Positions 53,301 through 64,000 of a DNA stretch of 64,000 bases are shown here, piece after piece. The position numbers and the translations under genes were made by a program. Origin of the DNA: Balanoglossus misakiensis (taxonomy: Eukaryota; Animalia; Hemichordata); the NCBI GenBank assembly GCA_040954595.2, contig CM082595.2:457690-521689 (forward strand), written 5' to 3'. Within the stretch, counting starts at the first letter, position 1; the number at the start of each line of letters is the position of its first letter. Under the pieces are notes generated by a model, which ran no database searches, was not told where the DNA came from, and saw only the letters and a list, made by a program, of their open reading frames with translations.

Positions 53301-56300
53301 TGTGTCCTAGTGACGCCTCTGCTTCGGACTGGGTTGTGTCCTAGTGACGCCTCTGCTTCGGACTGGGTTGTGTCCTAGTGACGCCTCTGCTTCGGACTGG
53401 GTTGTGTCCTAGTGTACGCCTCTGCTTCGGACAGGGTTGTGTCCTAGTGACGCCCCTGCTTCGGACTGGGTTGTGTCCTAGTGACGCCTCTGCTTCGGAC
53501 AGGGTTGTGTCCTAGTGTATAATAATAAATTTTAATAGATTGTAATCACATAATTAATACTACATTAGTAAGAATTATAATACTGCCAAGTGAATACCAG
53601 ATGTGATAAACTAAAATTTAAATGGTAATTGCATAATTACTGCTATATGATTAATAGGATTTATAATACATAATAACTGACAGAATTAAAGTGACGCCTC
53701 TGCTTCGGACTGGGTTGTGTCCTAGTGACGCCTCTGCTTCGGACTTGGTTGTGTCCTAGTGACGCCTCTGCTTCGGACAGGGTTGTGTCCTAGTGACGCC
53801 CCTGCTTCGGACTGGGTTGTGTCCTAGTGACGCCTCTGCTTCGGACAGGGTTGTGTCCTAGTGTATAATAATAAATTTTAATAGATTGTAATCACATAAT
53901 TAATACTACATTAGTAAGAATTATAATACTGCCAAGTGAATACCAGATGTGATAAACTAAAATTTAAATGGTAATTGCATAATTACTGCTATATGATTAA
54001 TAGGATTTATAATACATAATAACTGACAGAATTAAAGTGACGCCTCTGCTTCGGACTGGGTTGTGTCCTAGTGACGCCCCTGCTTCGGACTGGGTTGTGT
54101 CCTAGTGACGCCTCTGCTTCGGACAGGGTTGTGTCCTAGTGACGCCCCTGCTTCGGACTGGGTTGTGTCCTAGTGACGCCTCTGCTTCGGACTGGGTTGT
54201 GTCCTAGTGACGCCCCTGCTTCGGACAGGGTTGTGTCCTAGTGACGCCTCTGCTTCGGACTGGGTTGTGTCCTAGTGACGCCTCTGCTTCGGACAGGGTT
54301 GTGTCCTAGTGTATAATAATAAATTTTACTAGATTGTAATCACATAATTAATACTACATTAGTAAGAATTATAATACTGCCAAATGAATACCAGATGTGA
54401 TAAACTAAAATTTATATTGTTATTGCATAATTACTGCTATATGATTAATAGGATTTATAATACATAATAACTGACAGAATTAAAGTGACGCCTCTGCTTC
54501 GGACTGGGTTGTGTCCTGGTGACGCCTCTGCTTCGGACAGGGTTGTGTCCTAGTGACGCCTCTGCTTCGTACAGGGTTGTGTCCTAGTGACGCCCCTGCT
54601 TCGTACTGGGTTGTGTCCTAGTGACGCCCCTGCTTCGGACAGGGTTGTGTCCTAGTGTATAATAATAAATTTTACTAGATTGTAATCACATAATTAATAC
54701 TACATTAGTAAGAATTATAATACTGCCAAATGAATACCAGATGTGATAAACTAAAATTTATATTGTTATTGCATAATTACTGCTATATGATTAATAGGAT
54801 TTATAATACATAATAACTGACAGAATTAAAGTGACGCCTCTGCTTCGGACTGGGTTGTGTCCTAGTGACGCCCCTGCTTCGGACAGGGTTGTGTCCTAGT
54901 GACGCCTCTGCTTCGGACTGGGTTGTGTCCTAGTGACGCCTCTGCTTCGTACTGGGTTGTGTCCTAGTGACGCCTCTGCTTCGGACTGGGTTGTGTCCTA
55001 GTGACGCCTCTGCTTCGGACAGGGTTGTGTCCTAGTGACGCCTCTGCTTAGGACTGGGTTGTGTCCTAGTGACGCCTCTGCTTCGGACAGGGTTGTGTCC
55101 TAGTGACGCCCCTGCTTCGGACTGGGTTGTGTCCTAGTGACGCCTCTGCTTCGGACTGGGTTGTGTCCTAGTGTACGCCTCTGCTTCGGACTGGGTTGTG
55201 TCCTAGTGACGCCTCTGCTTCGGACAGGGTTGTGTCCTAGTGACGCCTCTGCTTCGTACAGGGTTGTGTCCTAGTGACGCCCCTGCTTCGGACTGGGTTG
55301 TGTCCTAGTGACGCCTCTGCTTCGGACAGGGTTGTGTCCTAGTGTATAATAATAAATTTTACTAGATTGTAATCACATAATTAATACTACATTAGTAAGA
55401 ATTATAATACTGCCAAGTGAATACCAGATGTGATAAACTAAAATTTAAATGGTAATTGCATAATTACTGCTATATGATTAATAGGATTTATAATACATAA
55501 TAACTGACAGAATTAAAGTGACGCCTCTGCTTCGGACTGGGTTGTGTCCTAGTGACGCCTCTGCTTCGGACTGGGTTGTGTCCTAGTGACGCCTCTGCTT
55601 CGGACTGGGTTGTGTCCTAGTGACGCCTCTGCTTCGGACTGGGTTGTGTCCTAGTGTACGCCTCTGCTTCGGACAGGGTTGTGTCCTAGTGACGCCCCTG
55701 CTTCGGACTGGGTTGTGTCCTAGTGACGCCTCTGCTTCGGACAGGGTTGTGTCCTAGTGTATAATAATAAATTTTAATAGATTGTAATCACATAATTAAT
55801 ACTACATTAGTAAGAATTATAATACTGCCAAGTGAATACCAGATGTGATAAACTAAAATTTAAATGGTAATTGCATAATTACTGCTATATGATTAATAGG
55901 ATTTATAATACATAATAACTGACAGAATTAAAGTGACGCCTCTGCTTCGGACTGGGTTGTGTCCTAGTGACGCCTCTGCTTCGGACTTGGTTGTGTCCTA
56001 GTGACGCCTCTGCTTCGGACAGGGTTGTGTCCTAGTGACGCCCCTGCTTCGGACTGGGTTGTGTCCTAGTGACGCCTCTGCTTCGGACAGGGTTGTGTCC
56101 TAGTGTATAATAATAAATTTTAATAGATTGTAATCACATAATTAATACTACATTAGTAAGAATTATAATACTGCCAAGTGAATACCAGATGTGATAAACT
56201 AAAATTTAAATGGTAATTGCATAATTACTGCTATATGATTAATAGGATTTATAATACATAATAACTGACAGAATTAAAGTGACGCCTCTGCTTCGGACTG

Positions 56301-59300
56301 GGTTGTGTCCTAGTGACGCCCCTGCTTCGGACTGGGTTGTGTCCTAGTGACGCCTCTGCTTCGGACAGGGTTGTGTCCTAGTGACGCCCCTGCTTCGGAC
56401 TGGGTTGTGTCCTAGTGACGCCTCTGCTTCGGACTGGGTTGTGTCCTAGTGACGCCCCTGCTTCGGACAGGGTTGTGTCCTAGTGACGCCTCTGCTTCGG
56501 ACTGGGTTGTGTCCTAGTGACGCCTCTGCTTCGGACAGGGTTGTGTCCTAGTGTATAATAATAAATTTTACTAGATTGTAATCACATAATTAATACTACA
56601 TTAGTAAGAATTATAATACTGCCAAGTGAATACCAGATGTGATAAACTAAAATTTAAATGGTAATTGCATAATTACTGCTATATGATTAATAGGATTTAT
56701 AATACATAATAACTGACAGAATTAAAGTGACGCCTCTGCTTCGGACTGGGTTGTGTCCTAGTGACGCCTCTGCTTCGGACTGGGTTGTGTCCTAGTGACG
56801 CCTCTGCTTCGGACTGGGTTGTGTCCTAGTGACGCCTCTGCTTCGGACTGGGTTGTGTCCTAGTGTACGCCTCTGCTTCGGACAGGGTTGTGTCCTAGTG
56901 ACGCCCCTGCTTCGGACTGGGTTGTGTCCTAGTGACGCCTCTGCTTCGGACAGGGTTGTGTCCTAGTGTATAATAATAAATTTTAATAGATTGTAATCAC
57001 ATAATTAATACTACATTAGTAAGAATTATAATACTGCCAAGTGAATACCAGATGTGATAAACTAAAATTTAAATGGTAATTGCATAATTACTGCTATATG
57101 ATTAATAGGATTTATAATACATAATAACTGACAGAATTAAAGTGACGCCTCTGCTTCGGACTGGGTTGTGTCCTAGTGACGCCTCTGCTTCGGACTTGGT
57201 TGTGTCCTAGTGACGCCTCTGCTTCGGACAGGGTTGTGTCCTAGTGACGCCCCTGCTTCGGACTGGGTTGTGTCCTAGTGACGCCTCTGCTTCGGACAGG
57301 GTTGTGTCCTAGTGTATAATAATAAATTTTAATAGATTGTAATCACATAATTAATACTACATTAGTAAGAATTATAATACTGCCAAGTGAATACCAGATG
57401 TGATAAACTAAAATTTAAATGGTAATTGCATAATTACTGCTATATGATTAATAGGATTTATAATACATAATAACTGACAGAATTAAAGTGACGCCTCTGC
57501 TTCGGACTGGGTTGTGTCCTAGTGACGCCCCTGCTTCGGACTGGGTTGTGTCCTAGTGACGCCTCTGCTTCGGACAGGGTTGTGTCCTAGTGACGCCCCT
57601 GCTTCGGACTGGGTTGTGTCCTAGTGACGCCTCTGCTTCGGACTGGGTTGTGTCCTAGTGACGCCCCTGCTTCGGACAGGGTTGTGTCCTAGTGACGCCT
57701 CTGCTTCGGACTGGGTTGTGTCCTAGTGACGCCTCTGCTTCGGACAGGGTTGTGTCCTAGTGTATAATAATAAATTTTACTAGATTGTAATCACATAATT
57801 AATACTACATTAGTAAGAATTATAATACTGCCAAATGAATACCAGATGTGATAAACTAAAATTTATATTGTTATTGCATAATTACTGCTATATGATTAAT
57901 AGGATTTATAATACATAATAACTGACAGAATTAAAGTGACGCCTCTGCTTCGGACTGGGTTGTGTCCTGGTGACGCCTCTGCTTCGGACAGGGTTGTGTC
58001 CTAGTGACGCCTCTGCTTCGTACAGGGTTGTGTCCTAGTGACGCCCCTGCTTCGTACTGGGTTGTGTCCTAGTGACGCCCCTGCTTCGGACAGGGTTGTG
58101 TCCTAGTGTATAATAATAAATTTTACTAGATTGTAATCACATAATTAATACTACATTAGTAAGAATTATAATACTGCCAAATGAATACCAGATGTGATAA
58201 ACTAAAATTTATATTGTTATTGCATAATTACTGCTATATGATTAATAGGATTTATAATACATAATAACTGACAGAATTAAAGTGACGCCTCTGCTTCGGA
58301 CTGGGTTGTGTCCTAGTGACGCCCCTGCTTCGGACAGGGTTGTGTCCTAGTGACGCCTCTGCTTCGGACTGGGTTGTGTCCTAGTGACGCCTCTGCTTCG
58401 TACTGGGTTGTGTCCTAGTGACGCCTCTGCTTCGGACTGGGTTGTGTCCTAGTGACGCCTCTGCTTCGGACTGGGTTGTGTCCTAGTGTACGCCTCTGCT
58501 TCGGACTGGGTTGTGTCCTAGTGACGCCTCTGCTTCGGACAGGGTTGTGTCCTAGTGACGCCTCTGCTTAGGACTGGGTTGTGTCCTAGTGACGCCTCTG
58601 CTTCGGACAGGGTTGTGTCCTAGTGACGCCCCTGCTTCGGACTGGGTTGTGTCCTAGTGACGCCTCTGCTTCGGACTGGGTTGTGTCCTAGTGTACGCCT
58701 CTGCTTCGGACTGGGTTGTGTCCTAGTGACGCCTCTGCTTCGGACAGGGTTGTGTCCTAGTGACGCCTCTGCTTCGTACAGGGTTGTGTCCTAGTGACGC
58801 CCCTGCTTCGGACTGGGTTGTGTCCTAGTGACGCCTCTGCTTCGGACAGGGTTGTGTCCTAGTGTATAATAATAAATTTTACTAGATTGTAATCACATAA
58901 TTAATACTACATTAGTAAGAATTATAATACTGCCAAGTGAATACCAGATGTGATAAACTAAAATTTAAATGGTAATTGCATAATTACTGCTATATGATTA
59001 ATAGGATTTATAATACATAATAACTGACAGAATTAAAGTGACGCCTCTGCTTCGGACTGGGTTGTGTCCTAGTGACGCCTCTGCTTCGGACTGGGTTGTG
59101 TCCTAGTGACGCCTCTGCTTCGGACTGGGTTGTGTCCTAGTGACGCCTCTGCTTCGGACTGGGTTGTGTCCTAGTGTACGCCTCTGCTTCGGACAGGGTT
59201 GTGTCCTAGTGACGCCCCTGCTTCGGACTGGGTTGTGTCCTAGTGACGCCTCTGCTTCGGACAGGGTTGTGTCCTAGTGTATAATAATAAATTTTAATAG

Positions 59301-62096
59301 ATTGTAATCACATAATTAATACTACATTAGTAAGAATTATAATACTGCCAAGTGAATACCAGATGTGATAAACTAAAATTTAAATGGTAATTGCATAATT
59401 ACTGCTATATGATTAATAGGATTTATAATACATAATAACTGACAGAATTAAAGTGACGCCTCTGCTTCGGACTGGGTTGTGTCCTAGTGACGCCTCTGCT
59501 TCGGACTTGGTTGTGTCCTAGTGACGCCTCTGCTTCGGACAGGGTTGTGTCCTAGTGACGCCCCTGCTTCGGACTGGGTTGTGTCCTAGTGACGCCTCTG
59601 CTTCGGACAGGGTTGTGTCCTAGTGTATAATAATAAATTTTAATAGATTGTAATCACATAATTAATACTACATTAGTAAGAATTATAATACTGCCAAGTG
59701 AATACCAGATGTGATAAACTAAAATTTAAATGGTAATTGCATAATTACTGCTATATGATTAATAGGATTTATAATACATAATAACTGACAGAATTAAAGT
59801 GACGCCTCTGCTTCGGACTGGGTTGTGTCCTAGTGACGCCCCTGCTTCGGACTGGGTTGTGTCCTAGTGACGCCTCTGCTTCGGACAGGGTTGTGTCCTA
59901 GTGACGCCCCTGCTTCGGACTGGGTTGTGTCCTAGTGACGCCTCTGCTTCGGACTGGGTTGTGTCCTAGTGACGCCCCTGCTTCGGACAGGGTTGTGTCC
60001 TAGTGACGCCTCTGCTTCGGACTGGGTTGTGTCCTAGTGACGCCTCTGCTTCGGACAGGGTTGTGTCCTAGTGTATAATAATAAATTTTACTAGATTGTA
60101 ATCACATAATTAATACTACATTAGTAAGAATTATAATACTGCCAAATGAATACCAGATGTGATAAACTAAAATTTATATTGTTATTGCATAATTACTGCT
60201 ATATGATTAATAGGATTTATAATACATAATAACTGACAGAATTAAAGTGACGCCTCTGCTTCGGACTGGGTTGTGTCCTGGTGACGCCTCTGCTTCGGAC
60301 AGGGTTGTGTCCTAGTGACGCCTCTGCTTCGTACAGGGTTGTGTCCTAGTGACGCCCCTGCTTCGTACTGGGTTGTGTCCTAGTGACGCCCCTGCTTCGG
60401 ACAGGGTTGTGTCCTAGTGTATAATAATAAATTTTACTAGATTGTAATCACATAATTAATACTACATTAGTAAGAATTATAATACTGCCAAATGAATACC
60501 AGATGTGATAAACTAAAATTTATATTGTTATTGCATAATTACTGCTATATGATTAATAGGATTTATAATACATAATAACTGACAGAATTAAAGTGACGCC
60601 TCTGCTTCGGACTGGGTTGTGTCCTAGTGACGCCCCTGCTTCGGACAGGGTTGTGTCCTAGTGACGCCTCTGCTTCGTACAGGGTTGTGTCCTAGTGACG
60701 CCCCTGCTTCGTACTGGGTTGTGTCCTGGTGACGCCTCTGCTTCGGACAGGGTTGTGTCCTAGTGACGCCCCTGCTTCGGACTGGGTTGTGTCCTAGTGA
60801 CGCCTCTGCTTCGGACAGGGTTGTGTCCTAGTGACGCCCCTGCTTCGTACTGGGTTGTGTCCTAGTGACGCCTCTGCTTCGGACTGGGTTGTGTCCTAGT
60901 GACGCCCCTGCTTCGGACTGGGTTGTGTCCTAGTGACGCCCCTGCTTCGGACAGGGTTGTGTCCTAGTGACGCCTCTGCTTCGTACTGGGTTGTGTCCTG
61001 GTGACGCCTCTGCTTCGGACAGGGTTGTGTCCTAGTGACGCCCCTGCTTCGGACAGGGTTGTGTCCTAGTGACGCCCCTGCTTCGTACTGGGTTGTGTCC
61101 TGGTGACGCCTCTGCTTCGGACAGGGTTGTGTCCTAGTGACGCCCCTGCTTCGGACTGGGTTGTGTCCTAGTGACGCCCCTGCTTCGGACAGGGTTGTGT
61201 CCTAGTGACGCCCCTGCTTCGTACTGGGTTGTGTCCTGGTGACGCCTCTGCTTCGGACAGGGTTGTGTCCTAGTGACGCCCCTGCTTCGGACTGGGTTGT
61301 GTCCTAGTGACGCCTCTGCTTCGTACAGGGTTGTGTCCTAGTGACGCCTCTGCTTCGGACTGGGTTGTGTCCTAGTGACGCCCCTGCTTCGGACAGGGTT
61401 GTGTCCTAGTGACGCCTCTGCTTCGGACTGGGTTGTGTCCTAGTGACGCCTCTGCTTCGGACAGGGTTGTGTCCTAGTGTATAATAATAAATTTTACTAG
61501 ATTGTAATCACATAATTAATACTACATTAGTAAGAATTATAATACTGCCAAATGAATACCAGATGTGATAAACTAAAATTTATATTGTTATTGCATAATT
61601 ACTGCTATATGATTAATAGGATTTATAATACATAATAACTGACAGAATTAAAGTGACGCCTCTGCTTCGGACTGGGTTGTGTCCTGGTGACGCCTCTGCT
61701 TCGGACAGGGTTGTGTCCTAGTGACGCCTCTGCTTCGTACAGGGTTGTGTCCTAGTGACGCCCCTGCTTCGTACTGGGTTGTGTCCTAGTGACGCCCCTG
61801 CTTCGGACTGGGTTGTGTCCTAGTGACGCCCCTGCTTCGGACTGGGTTGTGTCCTAGTGACGCCTCTGCTTCGTACTGGGTTGTGTCCTAGTGACGCCCC
61901 TGCTTCGGACTGGGTTGTGTCCTAGTGACGCCTCTGCTTCGGACTGGGTTGTGTCCTATAGTGACGCCTCTGCTTCGGACTGGGTTGTGTCCTAGTGACG
62001 CCCCTGCTTCGGACAGGGTTGTGTCCTAGTGACGCCTCTGCTTCGTACTGGGTTGTGTCCTAGTGACGCCCCTGCTTCGGACTGGGTTGTGTCCTA
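50376..62096 (+). repeat. Composite higher-order satellite: ~225 x 34-bp monomers interrupted by 23 copies of a ~172-bp AT-rich insert
   Basis: Monomer AGTGACGCC(T/C)CTGCTTCG(G/T)AC(T/A)GGGTTGTGTCCT; insert TATAATAATAAATTTTA...GACAGAATTAA first at 50969-51140. Confidence 0.98.
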
Positions 62097-62787
62097 TATG
62101 TTGTCAAGGTAAACATTGGTTGTTTGGTCTTCATTTTGTTCAGATTTGTCAAGGTTGGTGTTAGGTTGTGGTCTGTGTACGTTGGTCTTGTTTAGGGTCG
62201 GTGGTCTTTTGGGAGGTTTTGGTGTCATTGGTTCGGTTTGTCTGGTAATGGTTGGTAGTTATCTCTGGTTACGTCTTAGCTCACCTTGATGACATTTTGG
62301 GAAGTATTGATGACTTTTATGTTGTTTTTTAGTGTTCTTATATTAATTTTGTTTATAAATTTAATAATAATATGTAGTTAAAAGTTTGTATGGTGAATGC
62401 TATTTCCATTTTCTAGCTTTGTGGAATGGCATCATACATTGCAACTTAAATTGTATCACTATCCTGTCTTTCCTCTCACTATCCTCTTTCTTAAAAGCTA
62501 GGAGCAGAATTGGAAATGACTAAATTTTCAAAATGTTTTCAATTTGGATACTTGTGTTTGTTAAAGTGACAACAAAAAGGTTGTCTAAAGTGCTGCTGAC
62601 TAAGCAACCCCAAAACTTGTAAAAATTAAAACTAAAAATTTGCAATGAATTCTGCTCATGGTTCCGTGACAATGTCTTCTTTCTAATGTTATTTGGCATT
62701 TGCTTCTGCAAATAAATTGCTTTAGAAATGAAAATGAAATTCAAGAAATTGAAAATCATAGAGAACTTCAACTATATACTGTCACTG

Positions 62788-62805
62788 GACCGCTAGGGGG
62801 CGCAG
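62788..62805 (+). promoter_or_regulatory. CTCF-like binding site
   Basis: GACCGCTAGGGGGCGCAG matches the CTCF core CC(A/G)(C/G)(C/T)AG(A/G)(G/T)GGCG. Confidence 0.6.
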
Positions 62806-63893
62806 CTATTGTAAGCTGTGGATGTCTCAATAAAACCGAGACACATTGCACCAATATTATAATATTCCAACTTTCCCCGCTTATGGCACACTTGGTGTCA
62901 TTGGTTTGTCTGGCAGTGATCAGGCATGTGGTTGGACATCACCTAAGGTGAGGACATCACTTTAGGTAATGTCTTGCCCTTGTTTTTAACCTTTGACATA
63001 TAGTGTTTAACCTTTCATGTTATTGCTTATTACTGTTCTTGTTCAATTTATTTGATGTACTTTACAATTTACACTTGGGACAAGTTATAAAGAGAGTGCA
63101 TCTGTCATATATCCCATGTGTTAAATGTCACTCACTGTATGAATTATTTGTAATTTTGCATCATGTACTTAAATTCTGAATTTCTATGTTTTTTTAAGGA
63201 TGACATCCTCAGCAAGGCACGTTTCATATTGTGTTAGCTTCAGGTTTCCAGGTTTTTTCCTGGGCCGACTTGTATGCTGCTATTGCTATGAAATAAAAGC
63301 TGGTTAACTTATATACAAGAATATTGTGTGCTGCATTGTTTTCTGTTTCTTTCCCCATGTCCTATGTATACCATGTGCTACCAGCCTGCTCTTTTAGGTA
63401 GTATATCATATAATGTACACGCCTTGAAAATCACTTTTTTCTTGTATTATGCTGAATGCAACATTTGATTATTCTCTCTTGGAATTGAGAATACGAAGTG
63501 GAGATACTGTGCAAAAATTTGAATGATAGAACTGTCTCAAATTTGAAATTCAAAATGGCTGTCAAATTATTAGTGATTTTTATGAAAACAAAATGAACAT
63601 GCACCCTATTTTTTATATCTTTGTTTTCAAAGAGAATCTTCGCAAACTTCAACATAGGAAAGACACAGTAACTTATACACAAAGACTATATATCTAGGCC
63701 CCATTGTAAAAGTGATTGTATGACACTAACAGAATCAGAAAACTGCTTCGGGAGGGGTGGGGATAGTTGTACGGTAAATGTATTTTGATTATTGCACAAA
63801 ATTTTTAACTTGGCCATCGAGGGCGCTTTTGCCTAGAATGGCCATGTTGCACAGTGCAACGCCCTCATAGGCCAAGGAACGAGTTTATACAAA

Positions 63894-63971
63894 ATGGCGG
63901 CGCCCATTGAAGACGACGACTTGCCTCCAAGGAATGACGATTTTTACTCGTTATTAAACGCACGAAAAGAG
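63894..63971 (+). CDS. DNAJC11: First coding exon of a DnaJ homolog subfamily C member 11-like gene (truncated by window end)
   Basis: AAAATGGCGGC (YY1-type) start; MAAPIEDDDLPPRNDDFYSLLNARKE resembles the human N-terminus NEDYYSLLNVRRE; ends at GAG|GCAAGT. Only 26 aa are visible. Confidence 0.7.
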
Positions 63972-64000
63972 GCAAGTGTTGAGTACAGTGTTTATATAGT

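Larger units (their letters stand above)
46573..63320 (+). ncRNA. Candidate repeat-rich long non-coding RNA (inferred)
   Basis: Promoter, exon 1, intron 46594-47343 (acceptor TTATTTTAGTCATTTCAG), three tandem arrays with no credible ORF, AATAAA at ~63292 with downstream GU/U-rich tract. No expression evidence available. Confidence 0.4.

Noticed and set aside
50376-62096. CRISPR array (34-bp repeats with intervening sequence)
   Set aside because: Monomers are directly head-to-tail, the intervening 172-bp pieces are near-identical rather than unique spacers, there are no cas genes, and the context is eukaryotic.

Overview
Compact, intron-rich invertebrate (bilaterian) genomic DNA. Bases 1-46 kb hold 11 tightly packed genes in strictly alternating orientation: an unidentified gene running off the left edge (-), DDI1/2 (+), UTP3/SAS10 (-), LRRC34 (+), PEX14 (-), DFFA (+), CDCA3 (-), USP5 (+), EXOC8 (-), KLHL17 (+) and OTUD3 (-). 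The first exon of DNAJC11 (+) sits at the right edge. The head-to-head pairs PEX14-DFFA and CDCA3-USP5 match the human arrangement. Two DDI1 introns carry paralogous ~180-nt H/ACA-type RNAs with compensatory base changes, and EXOC8 has a U12-type intron. The most unusual region is 46.4-63.3 kb, which has no coding potential. It starts with a CCAAT/TATA promoter divergent from OTUD3, a ~21-nt exon and a ~750-nt intron. Three consecutive hairpin-bearing tandem arrays follow: 91-bp units mostly carrying a perfect Pumilio element, 262-bp units with a 23-bp hairpin and a copied splice acceptor, and an 11.7-kb higher-order array of 34-mers with AT-rich inserts. A GU-rich tract, a CTCF-like site and a poly(A) signal close the region. 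I read this as a candidate ~16-kb repeat-modular lncRNA (hsr-omega/NORAD/Rsx-like architecture). That is inference and needs RNA data. Gene names come from recognising translated motifs by eye, not from database searches.
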